A stretch of 64,000 nucleotides of DNA from Cycas panzhihuaensis (taxonomy: Eukaryota; Plantae; Cycadophyta): contig CM041465.1 in the NCBI GenBank assembly GCA_023213395.1, positions 72,423,741 through 72,487,740 on the forward strand, in the 5' to 3' direction. The number at the start of each line of letters is the position of its first letter. Position 1 is the stretch's first letter. The translations under genes were made by a program, and so were the position numbers. This document shows, piece after piece, positions 57,803 through 64,000 of the stretch. Below the pieces are notes generated by a model. That model was not told where the DNA came from, did not search any database, and was given only the letters and a program-made list of their open reading frames with translations.

Positions 57803-59029
57803 GTAGAGAATTTAAAATAACTGATTTAAGATTAATGCATTATTTCCTTGGAATAGAAGTATGGTAAGACGATGGTGACATTCTTATCTCTCAAAGGAAA
57901 TATACCTTGGACTTACTTCAAAGATTTAATATGAGTGATTATAAATCTTTAACTACTCCTATAGAAGTTGGAATTAAACATTCAAAGCATGATGAATCTA
58001 CTCCTGTGGATCCAACTCTATATAGGTAATTAATTCGCAGCCTAATTTATTTAATATCTACATGACCTAATATCATGCATGCCATTAGCATAGTGTCCCG
58101 ATTTATGCATGATCCAAAGACTGCACACTAGTAAGATGCAAAAAGAATTCTAGGGTATCTCAAAGGCATGACAGATTTTAGATTATATTACAAGTCTACA
58201 TCAAACTTCAGATAATAGGACATACAGATTCAGATTGGGCTGGTGATATAGATGACAAGAAATCTACATCAGGATATACTTTCAAAATGGGTTCAACAAC
58301 TTAGCATGGAGCTCAAAAAAATAGAATACAATCTCCTTATCAATAGTAGAGGTAGAATATAAAGCAACAGTGTCAGTAGTTTGTTAAATAGTTTGGTTGC
58401 ATTGATTACTTCAAGATCTTAAAATGGAACAGTAAGGGCTAACCAAAATCTATCAAAGCACCATACAAATGACAAGGAATCTAATGTTTCATGGCAGAAC
58501 CAAGTATATAGAGACATAGTATCATTTCATTTGAGAGTTAGTACAAGAAGAATAAATTGAGTTAAAATATTATAGTATAGAGGACTAGATAATAGATATT
58601 TTTATAAAAGCATTGGGCAAGATAAAATTCTAAAAATTCAAAGAAAATTTAGGAGTTGTGTACATTGGGGGTTATGGGGAAGAATGTTAGGATAACCCCC
58701 CAATGGCTTAAGGGTACATGTGCCTAGGGCCCCCCTAAGCTACCTTTGGGGCTCCTTAGGGTACCTAGAGCCACCTATTATAGTCCTTAGCTGATATATT
58801 AGGTATGTTTGTATTATTTTAATTTATTTTAAATATCGTCAGCTAACCTACGAGGAGGGTTGACGTGCTTAGGCACCTCTCTAAAAATCTATTTAAAGGA
58901 TTGCCATACACCCTAGGTATTTTTTAACACCACCTTCAATTATTTTAGAAATTTGTTGATTAGTGCATAATGGCATCCTAACCCTCTCTGCTCTCTTATG
59001 CCAACATAGAGCACAAATAGATCTTTTAT

Positions 59030-62000
59030 TTCTATAATAACTCAGATTACATTCAAAATATGAAATGTCTCCAAAAGAGAAGATGTGTATAAGTACAATC
59101 TTATAAGAAGAGATTATAACACAAGGGTTTCTTTACAAATATATGGCCTTAAATAGATAAAAGTGGTTATTATTCTCTAACATCTTATTAGAGGGTCATG
59201 TGGCCTTTAGTCCCATTAGTAGAGGTATGTAGCCTATGCATACCCATTGATAAATGACATTAACCTGTACTACCTCAATTATATAGTTAGATAATCCCAT
59301 TAGTGAAGGTATGTAGCCTATGCATACCCATTGATAAATGACAGTAACCCGTACTACCTTGATTATATAGTTAGATACTTATATATTTTTCACCTTAGGA
59401 TGTTATGTAATAGGTCCTCCCCTCTTAACTATTAAGTCATTAAAGTGATAAAAATGTTTATGTTGCTTGATGAAGTCTTTTGATTCCTATGTGGCTTCCA
59501 ATCTGGCTTCCTTAGGTTCACAATTAGACCGCTATACCATATGCTCAGAAATAGTTCTATTTTAGAGATAACATTAGTGGGTGTTTAGAATACATATGGA
59601 GGAAACTTTTTTTTTCTAGGAAGGTTACATAAAGGACATTATGGATCTTGGTATAAGGAGAAAGATCAAGGGCATAAGTGACTACATTAAGGTATTAATT
59701 GATTTTATAAGGGCCATAATATTAGGGACTTAGCTTATGGGATTTATTATGATGAAGGGATTATTGCTTGTAAGGTTAGAGGTAAAGGAAAATTAGATTA
59801 TCTACTCTAAATGATTGATCAAAGTAATGGAAATCTATTAGCTACTTCATTCAATTTTTTGTAGAGGCTAAGTTTTGCTTGACAATATGAAGTATTTGGT
59901 TATACCCCAATAGTATGGAGATTGGTGGCCAAGGTATGACAGAATGGGGAGGAGGGAAACTATAGAGGGCCATAAAAGGGGTCATATTAATTATAGATTG
60001 ATGGGAAGAATTATATTGGCATTCAACTAAGGCTAGACAAGAGGTCTAATATCTTTGGTGTTTCGTGAAAAAATAATAGAGCTACACTTCTAAGGTTTTA
60101 TTAAGAATTTTAGATTATCTATTAGTTTGGGGATGATAGAAGGAACTTATGTTGAAGGTCATTCCTAATGTATGAAAGAGTTCTTTCTAATGTACTAGTA
60201 AATTTGGGATCTCTATTAAATATAATGGTGAATGGAAATCCATGGAAGTAAAAGATGAATTAGATGTAGAGTTTAGCTAAATAAGGGACTTTGTAGGTGG
60301 TGTGAATAGGTAGGAAATGAGCATATTTAGTTAGCCAATCAATGATGACCTAAATAAAGTTATACTTATCTAAGAATGGGAGTTTTATGATGAATTCCAT
60401 GGAAATGTCTTACTATTTACCCTAAGGGATTTCCAGGGGATGAAGTAGGTTAGCTTGGGCCTTAATGTCTACCTTGTTACATTGGCATGCCTTACATTTA
60501 GATACATATATGAAGATGGAAAACTTTATGTAAATCTAATCAAATTTGATAATAGGTTTTGTTGAATCCTAAATGACCTTTAAAGGGGATATTATGATAC
60601 TCAAATAGAATGTAGATAATAAATGTGGAGATAGGATGTATAAAAATATGATTCTAATAAAGAAGATATTTAGTATGTCAATTACAATCATTATGGTCTT
60701 GAACCTTATTAGTCTAAGTGGTAAAATTAGGTTGGGCTTTATTAGCCTTGGCCAAGTCTTAGAGCTAAGAAGGTTAGGGTACAGAGATGGCTTAAATGAT
60801 AGGTTCAACTCAAAGGTGGGAGAGAGCATCTATAATAATATTGTCCTTCCTCTTTATATAAGATATGGTAAAGTTAAAGACATATAATCTATCAGCCTAT
60901 TTGACTTATTCTTGAAATAAAATTGGTTGGTCTAATAAATGAGGGATACTATGGTAGTTTGTTAAAATGGGAAACTTGGAACCAAGTAGATATTAGCGCT
61001 ACTTATCTACTACATGTAAAATATCCCTAATTTCTTTTTAATAGGTGAATAGTTAGCACTCATGCTCTTTAACCCTCTAACTTACAAATATGATGTGGTA
61101 AAAATTTACATGATGATAACTCCTAGTCCAACATATGACACATAACATTCTAATTAGAATAGATAGAAAAGGTTAAGGGTAGAGAGGATTGGTATGGTTA
61201 ATATGGGTATTTTTATAAGGTTGAAGGCATTCTTAGCACTTAGTGACCACTAAAAGGAGCCCATATAGAGAAATTCATTAAGGAGGCTACTATGGATGCA
61301 TAGTTTTTAGTGAAGTAATGATAAAACTAAGTTAGTTTAAGGAAGGGTTGTAATTAGGTGAGGTTCTTTAGCTTAGGCCATTAGATAATGGTTGATATTT
61401 TATTAGGGTTAACTCATACTCTAACTATGAAAATGATTCAAAATAAGTATTGTAATTTAGTTTTTCCAAATTCACATTGATGTCTTTATATATTATTAGT
61501 TTTGAGCTAGGACCTAAAGGGTAATTTCTAAATATTAGAGACATAGGGGCATGCTGGTATTATAAATTAATATGTCATCAAAGAAGACAATAATAAATTT
61601 TCAAAGGTAAATGGTAAAAATTTTATTCAAGGGCTTGGAAAGTGATTAGAGTGTTACGTAGCCTACATAGCATGACCTAAAACTTAAAGTGGCCATGATG
61701 GGTTTGAGAAGTTATTTTGTGCTTATCCTTAGGGATTATTGGTATTTGGTAATATCTAGATTATAAGTCTAATTTAGAAAATATTGTAGTCCCATAGATT
61801 TCATCTAATATATCATCTATCCAAAGGATAGAGAACTTGTTCTTAATGATTAATTTGTTGAGTTCCCTATAATTGATACAAAGTTGAAAAGAACCATCAT
61901 TTTTTTGAACTAGTATAATGGGGGTAGTATAGGGGCTTTACTAAGCTACATTATTCTATTATCTCTAAATTCATTAGTGATGTATTAAATCTCATTATTT

Positions 62001-63800
62001 TGGAAGTAAGAGTTTTGGTATAGATGTAGGTTGATAGGGTTATAAGGAATTTTGAGGTGAATGGTGTGATAAAATCCATGATCTAAGAGAGGGTCACTAG
62101 GTAAGGGGGAAAAGAAATATTGGTATTTATTGGGAATAAATTAGATATCTGGGTTGACATCAGACTATTTTTGGATATTATTAAGGCAAATAATATATCT
62201 TATGCTCTCATTAAGTTACTTGCTCATTTTCTTAGGGGAAATAAGTTTGTTAGGTGGTGATTAGACACTATAAAGTTTATGGGTTTAGCCATAGTGGTCT
62301 TTAAACATTATAAATGGGCACTTTAGGGAATTATTAGTACTATAAGTACCTAAAATTTAGAGCCATTGGACACTTAATATGGCATCTAACTCCTTATTAG
62401 ATAAAGCATAAAAGTTTGACTTGAGTTGATATGTGCTAATTTGGACTTGGAGGTTTTTAGTAACACCCATATAATGGAGGGAGTAGCGGCCATGAAGAGA
62501 ACAATTAAACATTATTTTTTGCTCAATATAGAGGTTTAATTATTGATATATTATAATATCAATGAAATTTAATGATGCACCACCATCTATCAGAATTATA
62601 ATGGGGGTTTTCTTTAAGGTCTCTCTTACTCATAATGGGTCAGGGTAGGTAGAAGATGAAATAACATATATGAGTGCTTCAAGTTTAGGGTCATGAGGTG
62701 GGGAGGGTTCCAAGTGTGAATCTTCTTCGAGTTCATCTTTATAGTTAAAATTAATTTCAATAGTAAATATGACTCTTTTGGCTTTACATACATGACCATG
62801 TCTAAAGAACTATTTTTTCATGTATTATGAGTATTAACTGGCTTCTTTGTATTTATGCACCTCTGATGTGGGTATCCATATTTATGTTGATGGATTTTCT
62901 ACTACTAGACATTCAATTAGGCAATCTAGTGATTGTCATAGAGGTTCTTCTCTTTAAAGCCTTAGAGGTCTATATGGTTCTACGAATGTTTGGCAACTAA
63001 TCCATGATGCTTCTCTTTTAACCCAGATGCTCATTCTATTACAAATTCAACTTCAATTATCTTAGTGTAATTGATGCCATCTTAAAGGTTAGGAGGTTGG
63101 TTGGTCTTCAATCTCATTTAGATTTATTCATTAAAACTGACTATGCAAGTTTCATATTGTCTATTTTTCTAGGTGCTAAGTGACTTGAGACTAAATTGCT
63201 TAGAACTCATCTATATAAGCTTTGACCAATATGGTTTGTCTTAATCACATCAATTGACTAAAAAAAGATTGGTTCCATGTCTCTTCATGTTGCTAAAAAG
63301 ACATTAATAGAATTGGTCCTAAATTTGATTTGATGGACACTTGCAGGTCCACTATTGATACTAGTGGTAAGGTTTGCCTTTTAAGTGGATAGAAGAAAAT
63401 TCCAACTAATCAACTTTAGACATGTGATTGAGTGTGAAATAGGAATATAATTTATTGATCTAACTATGAGTTGAATCCTTATTGAGATTTGGTATATTGA
63501 TCTTATAATTAAATGATTATTATCGTGTAAATTGAAGAGGTGGGGTTCCACCTTGAGATGCTCCACCTTATGTAACACTTGAGGAGTTGGAGTTAGATAC
63601 AAAGAAAAAGTTAGATAGTTGATTTTCAAGGTTTGATGATAGCCTAGTTGTATCCTATTTTTGTATGTCCTATATAGTGAGGAACTAAGTTTCCAAACAA
63701 AAAAGGTATTCAAATTGATTCATTATAGAAGGGGTCTTAATGAAGTGGGGACTAGCTAAAAGGATTGTAAGAAATAGGAGAGATAAGTAGAATGGGTGTC
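59030..63800 (-). mobile_element. Decayed Ty3/Gypsy chromovirus-like element; 3' LTR ~59030-59412
   Basis: Minus strand: protease ILIDGGASLNFID (~62560-62600), RT DGSF...INYRELNKLIIKNKF (~61840-61900), integrase, chromodomain-like EAT*E (~59490); PPT AAGAGGGGAGGA. Confidence 0.85.
59211..59377. repeat. 84-bp tandem duplication within the Gypsy LTR
   Basis: TCCCATTAGT..AGGTATGTAGCCTATGCATACCCATTGATAAATGACA...TTATATAGTTAGATA twice. Confidence 0.93.
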
Positions 63801-64000
63801 AAAGGAGTAGGGATATATAAAACAAATAGGGAGGGTAAAGAGGGCTAGAGTATGAGGTGTCTATAGGTTGTTGTCCCAAAAAATTAAGAAAATAACCTAG
63901 TACACTTGAACAAGTGCAACGAGCTCGTCAATATGATATAAGTGAGTTATAAGCAAGAAATTGAGATCAATGAAGCCCTCAAGATACCTGTAGGCTATTT

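Larger units (their letters stand above)
54075..58665 (+). pseudogene. Copia pol (GAG-pre-integrase, INT, RT, RNase H), interrupted at 56149-57802
   Basis: WHKRFGHLN, FIDDYTRKTWV, QMDIKSAFLNG, LYVDDL, KEDMCR|EFKITDL across the insertion, YTDSDWAG. Confidence 0.92.
52581..59006 (+). mobile_element. Ty1/Copia element lacking gag, 5' LTR 52581-52903, 3' LTR 58685-59006, with a nested composite insertion
   Basis: LTRs TGTT(G/A)GGAT...CCAACA; PBS TGGTATCAGA at 52906; PPT GGGGAAGAA; perfect TSD TAGAG. Confidence 0.95.

Noticed and set aside
63915-64000. Possible PBS and 5' LTR of the minus-strand Gypsy
   Set aside because: Does not visibly match the LTR at 59030-59412, and the window ends here.

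Overview
AT-rich land-plant nuclear DNA, almost entirely a nested graveyard of retrotransposons around one intact gene. The gene is a LAMMER/AFC-type dual-specificity kinase (45303-46460, +) whose catalytic domain has no introns, so it is probably a retrogene. Termini, PBS/PPT and target-site duplications (TSDs) delimit four decayed Ty1/Copia elements, two decayed chromovirus-type Ty3/Gypsy elements, three non-autonomous LTR elements (one young, gag-only, CpG-rich), a solo LTR, a 5'-truncated L1-type LINE with a 15-bp TSD, older LINE fragments and a tiny Cassandra-like TRIM. Old elements show pervasive C-to-T/G-to-A decay, including at non-CG sites. The most unusual structure is 56149-57802: one insertion with one perfect 5-bp TSD (GTAGA) whose two ends are the 3' LTRs of two unrelated elements (a Copia and a TRIM) in opposite orientation. 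Other highlights are a candidate antisense gene in the leader of the same Copia family, a ~720-bp microsatellite found in only one LTR of a pair, and tandem ABRE motifs in the young gag-only element. All alignments and translations were done by eye; boundaries without a TSD are approximate.
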